From contig JACRHV010000004.1 of the NCBI GenBank assembly GCA_016211945.1, positions 263,472-327,471 on the forward strand: a stretch of 64,000 nucleotides of DNA. Reading direction: 5' to 3'. A program made the translations under genes and the position numbers. The stretch comes from Minisyncoccota bacterium. GTDB lineage: Bacteria; Patescibacteriota; Microgenomatia; UBA1400; UBA12028. Below, one piece after another: positions 36,535 through 46,449 of this stretch (the stretch's first letter is position 1; every line of letters starts with the position of its first letter). The notes beneath the pieces were generated by a model, which worked only from the letters and a program-made list of their open reading frames with translations, was not told the DNA's origin and made no database searches.

Positions 36535-37406
36535 AAAATCTTTCTTTGTATGCGGCACTCATGTTTTCCGGGTTTTTGTTTTATCAGTTCCCCTCATATC
36601 TATTGAGTGTTACTCAAGCATTTGTTCTTTTTTCGATCCTGTCCTCGTGCGTTTACATCGTGAATGATGTTATTGATCTCCCACAGGATAAACTTCATCC
36701 ATTCAAAAAATACCGACCTATCGCTTCCGGAGCCTTGCCAATTCCCATTGCACTTTTCGCGGCTGTTGTTGGATTTCTTACTGTCTTTTTCTTTTCATTG
36801 ACATTCTCGCCATTTTTTCTTCTCCTCGCTATGATGTATGCCGCTCTCCATATTCTGTACTCGGTGAAATTGAAGCATGTACCTATCCTTGACGTTATTG
36901 CCATCGCTACGGGATTTGTGATCCGTGTGTATGCGGGAGCAGTTGTCGTAAATCTTCACATGAGTGTGTGGTTTTTGCTTACCGTTATTTCAGCCTCACT
37001 TTTCCTTGCAGTTGGAAAGCGACAAAGCGAACGAACACTCATGCAGGGAAAGGTTGAAACGAGGAAAATTCTCGAACATTACTCACAACGTCTTCTTGAT
37101 ATTTACACTGGTATGTTTGCGAATACGACATGGCTGACCTATGCACTGTACGCCTTCCAGCAAGACGACTTTATCCCACAGGGAACGATGTTGAAACTTT
37201 TCACAGCTCTTCCTCGAACGTTTATAACACAAAAGTGGATGATGATTACTGTTCCTGTTGTTATTTACGGAGTTATGAGATATCTCCAACTCGTGTATGA
37301 AAAAAATAATGGTGAGTCACCGGATAAAGTGTTATTAGAAGATAAGCCGCTCCTTGCTTCTGTGATGTTATGGGGAGTGATGGTGATTGCGATTTTATAT
37401 CTGTAA
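36480..37406 (+). CDS. UbiA-family prenyltransferase (decaprenyl-phosphate phosphoribosyltransferase-like)
   Basis: RPRQWIKN, YIVNDVID..D..HPFKKYRPIASG, GFVIRV, KRQSE. Confidence 0.88.
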   Translation: MDHTLFLILKTARPRQWIKNLSLYAALMFSGFLFYQFPSYLLSVTQAFVLFSILSSCVYIVNDVIDLPQDKLHPFKKYRPIASGALPIPIALFAAVVGFLTVFFFSLTFSPFFLLLAMMYAALHILYSVKLKHVPILDVIAIATGFVIRVYAGAVVVNLHMSVWFLLTVISASLFLAVGKRQSERTLMQGKVETRKILEHYSQRLLDIYTGMFANTTWLTYALYAFQQDDFIPQGTMLKLFTALPRTFITQKWMMITVPVVIYGVMRYLQLVYEKNNGESPDKVLLEDKPLLASVMLWGVMVIAILYL

Positions 37407-37481
37407 TATTGCGATATGGCGCCACGTTTTCACTTTGTGATATAGTGATGTGCAATATCTTTTCCTTGCCCAAAGAGGAGG

Positions 37482-37739
37482 ATGTTGGTCACAGTCGGAG
37501 AGTGTGTGCGTGGAGTTGTTGTAAAAACGAACAAAACTGATGGGTACTTTGTCGTCTTAACAGCAGATTCTGCAATACTTCAAGTCTTATGTCTCCATCC
37601 CTTGTACTATCCAGGTGGCATATCTTTTTCATATGTCGACTCAAAACCTCAAGAACTTGCCATTTGTGATGTTGAATCTGTCTTTGGACTTCTCGAAAAA
37701 ATAGCCCCAGCGTTAGTCAAAAGCCTGTCTCATCCCTAA
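37482..37739 (+). CDS. Small hypothetical protein
   Basis: GAGGAGG immediately before the start. Confidence 0.45.
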   Translation: MLVTVGECVRGVVVKTNKTDGYFVVLTADSAILQVLCLHPLYYPGGISFSYVDSKPQELAICDVESVFGLLEKIAPALVKSLSHP

Positions 37740-37746
37740 ACGATTT

Positions 37747-38685
37747 TCACTCTTTGTGCACTACTGCATATTGTCCAGAAACCCATCCTTGTTTCCCTGT
37801 TTGATACTCGATTTTTAGCCATCCATTTGTCGCTTGATTAAGGTATGGAACGAGGGAGCCGACATCAAGCTTTGCAAGCTCCTCTGATGTACCATTGGCA
37901 TCCGCCCGAACACGCAACCACCCTGTACCCGTTTCCTTTACCTCAACATAGGGGAGTGGGGGTTTTGTTGTTGTCTTTATTGAACTTGAGCCACTTGCAG
38001 TAGGTGGGGCTATGGGTTTTTGCGTTGGCTTCACCGATGCTTTAGGACTCGGTGAGGGAGTAAGCGCGGGAGTAGGTTCTGGGGTTGCTTCTTCAACACC
38101 TTGTTTCATTACCTCACGCGCAAGTTTTGTAGTTACGGTAAGCCGGTATCCTTTTACTAGTTTTGGATTTGTTGTTCGCTCAATAAACCCAGGAGCAGTC
38201 ATGGTAAGACTGTGTGATCCTTCTACAAGATCATCAAGAACGAGCGGACTAAATCCTTTTGACTGTCCATCAACCTTGACAATGATGTTGTCCGGATTCG
38301 TGACGATGGAAAGTTCACTCTTGTTTCGATTTGACCCTTTTGACAGCTCAAAAATCTCTCCTCCACTTTCCTCAAGTGTTTTTCCAAATGTCCAGTTCAC
38401 AACAGAAATATTTCCTCCTGTTAAGGATACTGTTGTTTCGTATGATGCCTTTGAGGTGTCTTCGGGCACAAGTTTGATCGTTCTCGATCCGGGCTTGAGA
38501 TCCTCTGACTTCAACGGTGTTTGACCCACACTAATGCCATCAACAAAAACGCTTGCTTTTTCTCCAGTCGAGGTGCTAACCTGCAAACCAGCTTTTTTAG
38601 TGGCAAATCCCGGAAAGGTACATCCGGAGAGTAAAACTGCGGCTAACACAAGAACAATGACTTTTTTCATCATGCGACTCATCAT
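37747..38685 (-). CDS. Lipoprotein with PEGA domains and C-terminal SH3b domain
   Basis: LSGC lipobox, two PEGA repeats (GQTP, GFSP), PT/PS linker, GWLRVR..GWVS. Confidence 0.85.
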   Translation of the reverse strand: MMSRMMKKVIVLVLAAVLLSGCTFPGFATKKAGLQVSTSTGEKASVFVDGISVGQTPLKSEDLKPGSRTIKLVPEDTSKASYETTVSLTGGNISVVNWTFGKTLEESGGEIFELSKGSNRNKSELSIVTNPDNIIVKVDGQSKGFSPLVLDDLVEGSHSLTMTAPGFIERTTNPKLVKGYRLTVTTKLAREVMKQGVEEATPEPTPALTPSPSPKASVKPTQKPIAPPTASGSSSIKTTTKPPLPYVEVKETGTGWLRVRADANGTSEELAKLDVGSLVPYLNQATNGWLKIEYQTGKQGWVSGQYAVVHKE

Positions 38686-38763
38686 ACTATTCGATCACTC
38701 GATTGACAACGCTTCGTTTTTCCCCAAGAACTTGGTACAATAGCCTCGCCTGTAAGGCATCGT

Positions 38764-38838
38764 GGCGCCGTACCAGAGCGGTCTAATGGCGAGGTCTGCA
38801 AAACCTTCGATCCGCCGGTTCAAATCCGGCCGGCGCCT
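38764..38838 (+). tRNA. tRNA-Cys (GCA), CCA not encoded
   Basis: Acceptor GGCGCCG/CGGCGCC, U73, anticodon loop CT GCA AA, T-loop TTCAAAT. Confidence 0.95.
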
Positions 38839-38840
38839 CA

Positions 38841-40169
38841 ATGAAAAGAGATCATAACACTTCCGAAACTCTGAAAATTGAGTCTGGAGGCCCCTTAAAA
38901 CGAATTTTGCGAAGAGATTTTTTAGCAACTCCCTTTTCATTTCTTCGCGCCACCTCAGCAGAAAAAATGTTAAGCGAGAAAAAAGATCTTGCCTTCATCA
39001 CTGCACTAGAGCTTTACAAAATTCCAAAAAGGCAATTTCTTGCGCTTGCCACTTTAATTTCGGGCGTATTAGGTATGGGTGCTGTGGGAGTTGATCAATT
39101 GGTGTTTGATGGTGCTTTCCAAGACCTTATGCTACAGGCACTTGCTAAACCCGAGTTAAGAGAAAAATTACTAGAAATTGTCGTTGAAGGAAAAGCTCCA
39201 CAAAAATTGCGCGAGGAATTCTATGAAAAAATGACTCCTTATATCCCTGATTATAAGTTGGGAGGGAAAGAAAATCTTGATGAACCAAATTTGGATAAAG
39301 GTTTCTCTTCTTACGAAATTAGGCATGTCGTAAGTGCTGGTAAGGAAAATCCTCAACTCTTACTCATCGCCACGTTAAAGAAAAACGGAGCTGTTGTTGT
39401 AACAGAAAAAACAGAGGATGATCGCTTAAATCTTACAGAAACTCAAAATAAATTTGGGCCATTCTTCGCCATTCCAAGTTCACAACTTTCAAAAAAAGAG
39501 GGTGTAATAGAAATTTCCACATACTCATCCTACATGACAGAGTCCGGAAAATTAATAACATATGGTATGGAGAACAAAAAAATAAGTAGTGGTGCATTAG
39601 TCTTACTTAATGATGGAGAGATTCTTGTTATAGATAAAAGTGAGATTGATCAATATGTCACTGGGAAAAATTGTAAAGCAATTCAAACATTTGTTCTAGC
39701 TATTCAAAGCACAACACTTAGTCATGATATGGCAAGTATTGATTCCGCAATGTTTAGAAGAACCAGTGTGAGTGGCATAGCGGCTGTCCCGTATGAATGT
39801 TTTGTCGCGACATTTTACAAATCAGGTGGAATAAAAGAAACAAAAATAATTTCTGTCTATGAACCACTCATCTCCTCCCCTTCTTCAAACTCGTCTTCGA
39901 CCAATCGTCTGTGGTATGTAGGAATATCGATTGAACAATGTGTGAGTGTATGCAAACAACTTCAAGATGAAGGAGGATTTGATCGATTTACATTTATCGT
40001 CCCAGATCCACATTATATCCACTCAAAGTTAATAGGTCCTTTCGAAGATTCTGAGAAAAAATCACTTCGTGTTTTTGGAAAGGATATGCCAGGTACATAT
40101 ATTGAAAAAGAAAATCGTGGACTTAAGTATTATCCACCAGTATTTTTAGCATTGAAATTGAAGCCTTGA
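38841..40169 (+). CDS. Hypothetical membrane-anchored protein
   Basis: 442-aa ORF abutting tRNA-Cys; RRDFL/KRQFL motifs then a hydrophobic segment; start uncertain. Confidence 0.65.
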   Translation: MKRDHNTSETLKIESGGPLKRILRRDFLATPFSFLRATSAEKMLSEKKDLAFITALELYKIPKRQFLALATLISGVLGMGAVGVDQLVFDGAFQDLMLQALAKPELREKLLEIVVEGKAPQKLREEFYEKMTPYIPDYKLGGKENLDEPNLDKGFSSYEIRHVVSAGKENPQLLLIATLKKNGAVVVTEKTEDDRLNLTETQNKFGPFFAIPSSQLSKKEGVIEISTYSSYMTESGKLITYGMENKKISSGALVLLNDGEILVIDKSEIDQYVTGKNCKAIQTFVLAIQSTTLSHDMASIDSAMFRRTSVSGIAAVPYECFVATFYKSGGIKETKIISVYEPLISSPSSNSSSTNRLWYVGISIEQCVSVCKQLQDEGGFDRFTFIVPDPHYIHSKLIGPFEDSEKKSLRVFGKDMPGTYIEKENRGLKYYPPVFLALKLKP

Positions 40170-40170
40170 C

Positions 40171-41202
40171 CTACTTTATCGCTTGCTCCACCAACCTATT
40201 ACAATATCCCCACTCATTGTCATACCAAGCGACTACCTTGACCATGTCGCCATCAACAACCTGCGTAAGTGCTAGATCAACAATAGACGATTCGCTCCGT
40301 CCAATAATGTCAGAAGAAACAATAGGATCATGGGTAATCGCTAAAATCCCCTTCCATTTTGCCTGCTGTGATGCCTGCTCCAAAATCTGTTTTACCTCCT
40401 CAACCGAGGTCTTCTTCTCCACAATAAACACTATCTCAGCAATTGAGCCTGTAGATGTTGGAACACGATATGAAATCCCGTCAAACAACCCTTTCAATTC
40501 TGGGATTGTTTCTGCCACAGATTGAGCTGCGCCGGTCGTGGTGGGAACAATATTTTTTGCAGCACTTCGGGCACGGCGAAGATCTTTATGCGAGTTGTCC
40601 TGCAAATTCTGATCATCGGTATAACTGTGAATCGTGCACATCATCGCTTTTTTGACGTGGAGTGCGCCGTGGATAACCGCAGTTACGGGTGCTACACAGT
40701 TCGTTGTGCATGAAGCATTCGACTCAACACCCGCGCCAACCGCCTCATTGACCCCAACCACAAACGTTCCAATCCCATCGCCTTTCGGTGGGGCAGAGAT
40801 GACTACGCGTTTTGCACCCGCAGTCAAATGAGCGGATGTCTTTTCCTTCGTGGTAAACACGCCGGTGGACTCAATGACGGTATCAATTCCTAATCGCAAC
40901 CATGGCAATTTGGACGGATCCTTCTGTGCAAAAACCGCGATTCTTTTACTCCCAATCAAGAGATATCCCAACAAAGGGTCTTGATCAGAAATTTGGTCTT
41001 TTCTCTGATACATTTCAACGGCAATATTGGTCGTCCACACTCCATAGTTGCTGTCGTACTTGAGGAGATATGCCCATCCATCTAGGTCCATTGATCCGGA
41101 AGTATTCACCGCCAAAAGATCGGCTTTGTCTTGATGTTTATCAAACCACACGCGGAAGGAGGTTCGGCCAATTCGACCAAAACCATTAATGGCAAGCTTC
41201 AT
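40171..41202 (-). CDS. gap: Type I glyceraldehyde-3-phosphate dehydrogenase
   Basis: INGFGRIGR, NASCTTNC, WYDNEWGY. Confidence 0.96.
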   Translation of the reverse strand: MKLAINGFGRIGRTSFRVWFDKHQDKADLLAVNTSGSMDLDGWAYLLKYDSNYGVWTTNIAVEMYQRKDQISDQDPLLGYLLIGSKRIAVFAQKDPSKLPWLRLGIDTVIESTGVFTTKEKTSAHLTAGAKRVVISAPPKGDGIGTFVVGVNEAVGAGVESNASCTTNCVAPVTAVIHGALHVKKAMMCTIHSYTDDQNLQDNSHKDLRRARSAAKNIVPTTTGAAQSVAETIPELKGLFDGISYRVPTSTGSIAEIVFIVEKKTSVEEVKQILEQASQQAKWKGILAITHDPIVSSDIIGRSESSIVDLALTQVVDGDMVKVVAWYDNEWGYCNRLVEQAIK

Positions 41203-41353
41203 AGAAAACAGTATAGCGCAAAAAATTAGAGAATGAACACACTATGGAACAAGTACGCCATTATCTCGCAATTCTTTGGCAAGGTCTGCCTCAATGATTG
41301 AGTCATCTTTGTAAATAAGTGCAACATTCAATTTTTATTGCTTTAATTCCTGT

Positions 41354-41734
41354 CTAAACAGCTGCCGAAAGTAAGCCTAAACCAGCAAGCTCTTGCAATA
41401 TAGATCGCTGAATTGTACGCATATCTTTTTTAACTAGTTGTAAAGCATACTCAGATACTTCTGCTTTAAATGATGGATCTGTACTGCCCGATACAACTGT
41501 TAAAAATATTCTTGGTACTGATTCCTTTGCTTTATTTGCGAGTGTTCTCAGCTCCTCCTGTGCAATATCAATAAAAACAGCGTATATTGCTGACCCCATA
41601 GACACCTCTGCCTCTTGAAGAGAGGCTGCTTCAACAACATCCAAACCTTGAGATTTACAAATTCCTGCAACAATTGATCTCCATTGTGGATCAGCATCCG
41701 CCACAAGTATTTTCCGTCCTTCTCCGTTAGTCAT
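41354..41734 (-). CDS. Stand-alone response-regulator receiver-like protein
   Basis: KILVADAD, AVFID, VVSG, K; start overlaps pgk stop. Confidence 0.65.
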   Translation of the reverse strand: MTNGEGRKILVADADPQWRSIVAGICKSQGLDVVEAASLQEAEVSMGSAIYAVFIDIAQEELRTLANKAKESVPRIFLTVVSGSTDPSFKAEVSEYALQLVKKDMRTIQRSILQELAGLGLLSAAV

Positions 41735-42716
41735 ACTTCTCCTTTCCTTGTACCGCCTCAATTCCCGGTAACGTTCCATATGCAACATAATCCAACATCG
41801 CTCCACCACCAGATGAAATAAATGATATTCCTTTTCGCACTTTCAATATTGAAAGTGCCGCTTCCGTGTCGCCACCACCAACCACCGTGTATCCCTTTGT
41901 TCCAGCAAGTAAATTTCCTATTGCACGCGTTCCGGATCGGGAAGCTGCATCCTCGAACTTACCCATAGGACCGTTCCACATAATGGTCTGACCCATTGAG
42001 ATAAATCGGGCGAATTGTTCTACAGTTAACTTAGAAATATCTTTTCCGTCCTTCGTTAACACTCCGACAATCAATTTTCTATTCTCAATGGGATGCTTTA
42101 TTAACTCAACAGCCAACTTTCCACCAACTAAGATGACATCGGCCTTATCCTGCAGTGCCTTAATAATCGGCAATTTTGTTTCGATTTTTGCACCACCAAG
42201 TATCGCAATAAATGGGCGTTTTTGATTCGTAATTAATGGTGCCAACCCTTTCAGTTCCTTCTCGAACTGCAGACCAAAATACGTGGGAAGAATCTGCGGA
42301 ATAAAGGTAATTGAGGTGTGTTTCCTATGTGAAGAGGCGAATGCGTCGTTCACATACATGTCGTGCCCTTTCGCTAATTCCTTTGCGTAGGGAAGTGAGC
42401 CGGACTCTTCTCGTTTATCATATCGAAGATTTTCTAACACACGGAACTCAATTGTTTTTGGAATCTTCACTGTTTTCAGTAATAACTTTTCAACTGGCTT
42501 TAAAGATAGCTTGGAAACTTTTTTTCCTTCTGGGCGCCCACGGTGACCGATCACGGTAATCTTTTTCGCGTCATGATCAATGAGGTACTGAAGTGTTTGT
42601 GCGCCATCGGAAAGGCGTGTTGTATCAAACTTTCCTTTTTCCAACGGGAGATCGAGGTCTAAGCGGACCAAGACGGACTTTCCACGAATATCCACACTAT
42701 GAAGAAAATGGCCCAT
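41727..42716 (-). CDS. pgk: Phosphoglycerate kinase (compact)
   Basis: GHRGRP, LENLR, NDAF, ILGGAK, WNGPMGKFE, GGGDT, SSGGGA. Confidence 0.95.
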   Translation of the reverse strand: MGHFLHSVDIRGKSVLVRLDLDLPLEKGKFDTTRLSDGAQTLQYLIDHDAKKITVIGHRGRPEGKKVSKLSLKPVEKLLLKTVKIPKTIEFRVLENLRYDKREESGSLPYAKELAKGHDMYVNDAFASSHRKHTSITFIPQILPTYFGLQFEKELKGLAPLITNQKRPFIAILGGAKIETKLPIIKALQDKADVILVGGKLAVELIKHPIENRKLIVGVLTKDGKDISKLTVEQFARFISMGQTIMWNGPMGKFEDAASRSGTRAIGNLLAGTKGYTVVGGGDTEAALSILKVRKGISFISSGGGAMLDYVAYGTLPGIEAVQGKEKYD

Positions 42717-42729
42717 GGCGGGCATTATA

Positions 42730-43767
42730 TCATGTCTTGAGGAATTTTGCCCTGAATCTCAAGAGTTTCCACCGCAATTCCTCGAGGAAACGGTAAATCT
42801 TGTAGTATTGTGGCATAACGAGAAGGTCGTAGGTTCCCATAAACTCGGTTAAAACCCCTCCGTAGCCCTCCTTAAACTTGTGAAAACCGTACCATGGATT
42901 GGTTGGATCAGCATCTGGGCCCAAAGATCCCCACATGTCAAAACTCGTACACCCTTGCTGTTTCCCAAACTGGATGACCTTCCACATCATCATGTTGCTC
43001 GCCATAACCTCACGATTTTCGTTTGAACTTGCGCCGTAGGGATAATAGAGGACATTGTTATGCACAAATACAATCCATGCCACTAACGTTTTCCCCTCAA
43101 GAACTGCGCGAAAAATATGTATCATGCCCGTAGGTTTGAGTGTTTGCCACATGGTGCGAAAATATTCGGGTCCATGTGCGTAAAATTGCTGGCGATTGGT
43201 GGTTTCATGAAGGATGCGAAGATACTCTTCTATTGCCTCATCTGAGTCGTCTTGGACCACCTGCACTCCCCGGCGTTCCGCCAAATGAAGGTTGTATCGT
43301 GTTTTCGGTTTCATATGTTCGAGCAATACTTCTTCTGTGGGCTTCAGATCGAGAACAAAGGTATACTTGGTAAATAAGGGGCGACCAGGAACCGCTCCAT
43401 TCTGTTGAAGAAAGTTTTGGAGTGTTTCATGTGCTTGCGGCTTATCTACGGCCGAGGCGACATTTGGCTCAAGTTTAATAAATAGCGCATTTTTGCGTCG
43501 CCCAAGATCAAATAACGCGTGAAGTTGTTCCTCATCCGGCATCTGTCCTTTTGGAAAATATCCAACAGTGTACGGCGTATGCGGAATAGGATGAAAGGTA
43601 ACCTGCATTCCACCAACCATCATTTGGCCATCAAAAAGGCCAAATCGCTCAACCTCAACACCAGTTTTTCTGCGAAAATCGCCCCATTCCCACGTTTGAA
43701 GTGGATGTTTTACTACGTTGTTATACGCAGTTTTTTCCTTGATATCTAATGGGCGGATGATGATCAT
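42730..43767 (-). CDS. FemABX-family peptidoglycan bridge aminoacyltransferase
   Basis: HPLQTWEWG, KTRYN, YYPYGAS, FKEGYGG. Confidence 0.9.
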   Translation of the reverse strand: MIIIRPLDIKEKTAYNNVVKHPLQTWEWGDFRRKTGVEVERFGLFDGQMMVGGMQVTFHPIPHTPYTVGYFPKGQMPDEEQLHALFDLGRRKNALFIKLEPNVASAVDKPQAHETLQNFLQQNGAVPGRPLFTKYTFVLDLKPTEEVLLEHMKPKTRYNLHLAERRGVQVVQDDSDEAIEEYLRILHETTNRQQFYAHGPEYFRTMWQTLKPTGMIHIFRAVLEGKTLVAWIVFVHNNVLYYPYGASSNENREVMASNMMMWKVIQFGKQQGCTSFDMWGSLGPDADPTNPWYGFHKFKEGYGGVLTEFMGTYDLLVMPQYYKIYRFLEELRWKLLRFRAKFLKT

Positions 43768-43821
43768 GCGGACATGATAACACGCCTAATTAGACTTGTC
43801 GCGGAATAAGAAATGAGTCTA

Positions 43822-45726
43822 CTAGCCGAGCAACGCGTCGACATCAATCTCACCAGTGAGGAACTGTTCGAATGCCTCGTCATTGGGGATAAAGGTTCGG
43901 CCTTTTGGTGTTGGGGTAGGATGTGAAAGAAACGCGCCGCCACGCTTGTCTAACACATGTGATGGAATCTCTGCAATAAATCTGCTCACAATGGATCCCG
44001 TAATGTTTCCATAGAGTAATCGTTTCCGCGTGTAGGTCAGAAATAATTTCTCTTTTGCCCGCGTAATCCCAACGTAACAGAGCCGCCGCTCCTCCTCGAG
44101 TTGATGTTTGTCTAAAAGCGAACGACTGTGGGGGAATAGGCCTTCCTCCATTCCAATCATGAACACAACACCAAACTCTAGTCCTTTTGCCGCATGCATA
44201 CTCATGAGCGTCACCGCGGATTGGTTTGGGTTTTTCGCATTCGCTTTTTCCGAGGCCGCATCGTTTTCTACCAATGCCACCTGTTCCAAAAATTCTGTGA
44301 GTGTAGAAAACTCACTGGCAACAGACCGTAGCTCTTGAATGTTCTCTAAGCGCGACTGATCTTCCTCGATTTTTTCATCATAGAGATCTTTGTACTGCGA
44401 AACCTCGATTACTTTATCTAAAATGTCGAGCGGTGCCGTGGGAAGATGTTTTTCTGTGTTGAGCCAACGGATATACGCATCGAACTTTCTCTTTCCTAAT
44501 TTTTCTAGCCGTCCCACCGCAATTTCGTCTTTGTGATTTGAAAACACGCGGAGATAGGCGAGGACATCCTTAATTTCTTTGCGTGCATAAAAGCGAACAC
44601 CACCAACCAATCGATATGGAATCCCACTACGAATGCAAATGTCTTCAATCACACGGCTTTGCGCGTTTGTTCTGTACAACACCGCAATTTCGGAAAGATT
44701 GTGTGTGCGCATCGCCTCCTGGATATTCTGCGCCACAAACAGCGTTTCTTCTTGATCGCTTTCCGCCTCAAACAGCACGATTTTTTCTTCTGACTGCCGC
44801 TCTGTCCACAACGTAAGAACAGGGTGAGTGGTGTTGTTTAAGATCACCCCCGTTGCGGCATCCAAAATATTCTGAGAGGATCGATAGTTTCTTTCCAGTT
44901 TGTATTCTGCAATTGCGGGGAAATCTTTTTTCAAGAGGAGCATATTGCGATAATCCGCACCGCGAAATGCATAGATGCTCTGGCTAAAGTCCCCAACAAC
45001 CATGAGATGATTTTCTGGTTCTGCAAGCATCTTGCTTAAGAGATACTGCGCCTTGTTGACATCTTGATACTCGTCCACTAATACGTGATCGAACTGATTT
45101 TGATATTTCTCCAACACCTTACGGTATTTTTGGAACAACTCCACTGTTTTGTTGAGCAGATTGTCAAAGTCCACTGCGTGTTGCTCGGTCAATTTCTTCT
45201 CATAGATTTGGTAAACCTTTGCGGTCAATTCCTGATATTTTCCTCGAGCAACATCCCAATACTCGCTTGGCGTAATCATCTCTGTTTTTGCATTTGAGAT
45301 CATGCTCAACACGATGCGAGGATTTGCTTCTTTTGGCGGAATTTTGAGTTGTTTTAAAATCGCTTTTATGAGATCAAGTTGATCATCACCATCAAAAATA
45401 AGAAAGTTTGACGGAATACCGATCCAATGTCCATCCGCCCTGAGAATCTTTGCGCAGAGTTTGTGAAAGGTTCCGGAAAATTGGAGTGTGTGACCAGTCA
45501 TTTTACGCACACGTTCCGTCATTTCATGTGCCGCTTTATTTGTAAAGGTTACCAGTAAAATTGCTGAGGGGGAGATGTGCTTCTCAGCCGTGAGGTATGC
45601 CACGCGTGTGGTAAGTACGCGCGTTTTGCCAGATCCAGCACCAGCCAATACCATGGCTGGACCATCGCCATGCAAAACAGCGGCTTTTTGCTCATCGTTG
45701 AGGCCGAGAAGGAGATCGGAGAACAT
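43822..45726 (-). CDS. pcrA: ATP-dependent DNA helicase UvrD/PcrA
   Basis: AGAGSGKT, DEYQD, QSIYAFRGA, NYRS, HAAKGLEF, EERRLCYVGITRA. Confidence 0.93.
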   Translation of the reverse strand: MFSDLLLGLNDEQKAAVLHGDGPAMVLAGAGSGKTRVLTTRVAYLTAEKHISPSAILLVTFTNKAAHEMTERVRKMTGHTLQFSGTFHKLCAKILRADGHWIGIPSNFLIFDGDDQLDLIKAILKQLKIPPKEANPRIVLSMISNAKTEMITPSEYWDVARGKYQELTAKVYQIYEKKLTEQHAVDFDNLLNKTVELFQKYRKVLEKYQNQFDHVLVDEYQDVNKAQYLLSKMLAEPENHLMVVGDFSQSIYAFRGADYRNMLLLKKDFPAIAEYKLERNYRSSQNILDAATGVILNNTTHPVLTLWTERQSEEKIVLFEAESDQEETLFVAQNIQEAMRTHNLSEIAVLYRTNAQSRVIEDICIRSGIPYRLVGGVRFYARKEIKDVLAYLRVFSNHKDEIAVGRLEKLGKRKFDAYIRWLNTEKHLPTAPLDILDKVIEVSQYKDLYDEKIEEDQSRLENIQELRSVASEFSTLTEFLEQVALVENDAASEKANAKNPNQSAVTLMSMHAAKGLEFGVVFMIGMEEGLFPHSRSLLDKHQLEEERRLCYVGITRAKEKLFLTYTRKRLLYGNITGSIVSRFIAEIPSHVLDKRGGAFLSHPTPTPKGRTFIPNDEAFEQFLTGEIDVDALLG

Positions 45727-45750
45727 CGCGCTTCATGCTATCATACTTTC

Positions 45751-46449
45751 ATGCAAAACACTGTATTAGACACACAAAAGTTTGTTCTCGCGAATTGGAA
45801 ATCGCACAAAACATTAGAGGAGGCGGTTGGGTGGCTCGCGGAGGTTGGGCCACTCGGGACAAACTCTCCATATGAGGTTATTGTTTGTCCGCCGTTTCCG
45901 TTTTTGTATCCACTTTCTCAAGAAATTCGGGCAAAAAAATATCGTATTTCATTGGGCATACAGGATGTAAGTCCCTTTCCTGCCGGAGCATATACGGGTG
46001 CGGTGTGCGTACGGAATCTCAAAGGCCTTGGGGTAAAGTATGCGCTTGTGGGGCACAGTGAACGCAGAAATTATTTTCATGAAACTGTGCAGGAAATTGC
46101 AAATAAAGTGACACAACTTATTGAGGAAAATATCACACCAATTGTCTGTATTGATCGAGAACATACTATTGCACAGGCCAATGCATTGGAAGGGGGAGAA
46201 AGAAAACGCTGTCTGGTTTTGTATGAAACGGTTGGGCATATTGGAACAGGAGAGGTAGAGGACCTGCCAAGTGTTTTACGATCAGTGGATGAAATTCATC
46301 ACGCGTTTGGATTTCCTATCCCAGTGATCTATGGTGGCAGTGTAAGTGATACATCGCGCGATTTTTTTATGAAACATGAAAAACTCGCTGGGGTTGTCGT
46401 GGGAACAAAGAGTCTAGACCCAAAAGAATTCGCAAAAATTATTCAATGA
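45751..46449 (+). CDS. tpiA: Triosephosphate isomerase
   Basis: ANWK, GAYTG, GHSERR, YE..IGTG, YGGSV. Confidence 0.9.
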   Translation: MQNTVLDTQKFVLANWKSHKTLEEAVGWLAEVGPLGTNSPYEVIVCPPFPFLYPLSQEIRAKKYRISLGIQDVSPFPAGAYTGAVCVRNLKGLGVKYALVGHSERRNYFHETVQEIANKVTQLIEENITPIVCIDREHTIAQANALEGGERKRCLVLYETVGHIGTGEVEDLPSVLRSVDEIHHAFGFPIPVIYGGSVSDTSRDFFMKHEKLAGVVVGTKSLDPKEFAKIIQ

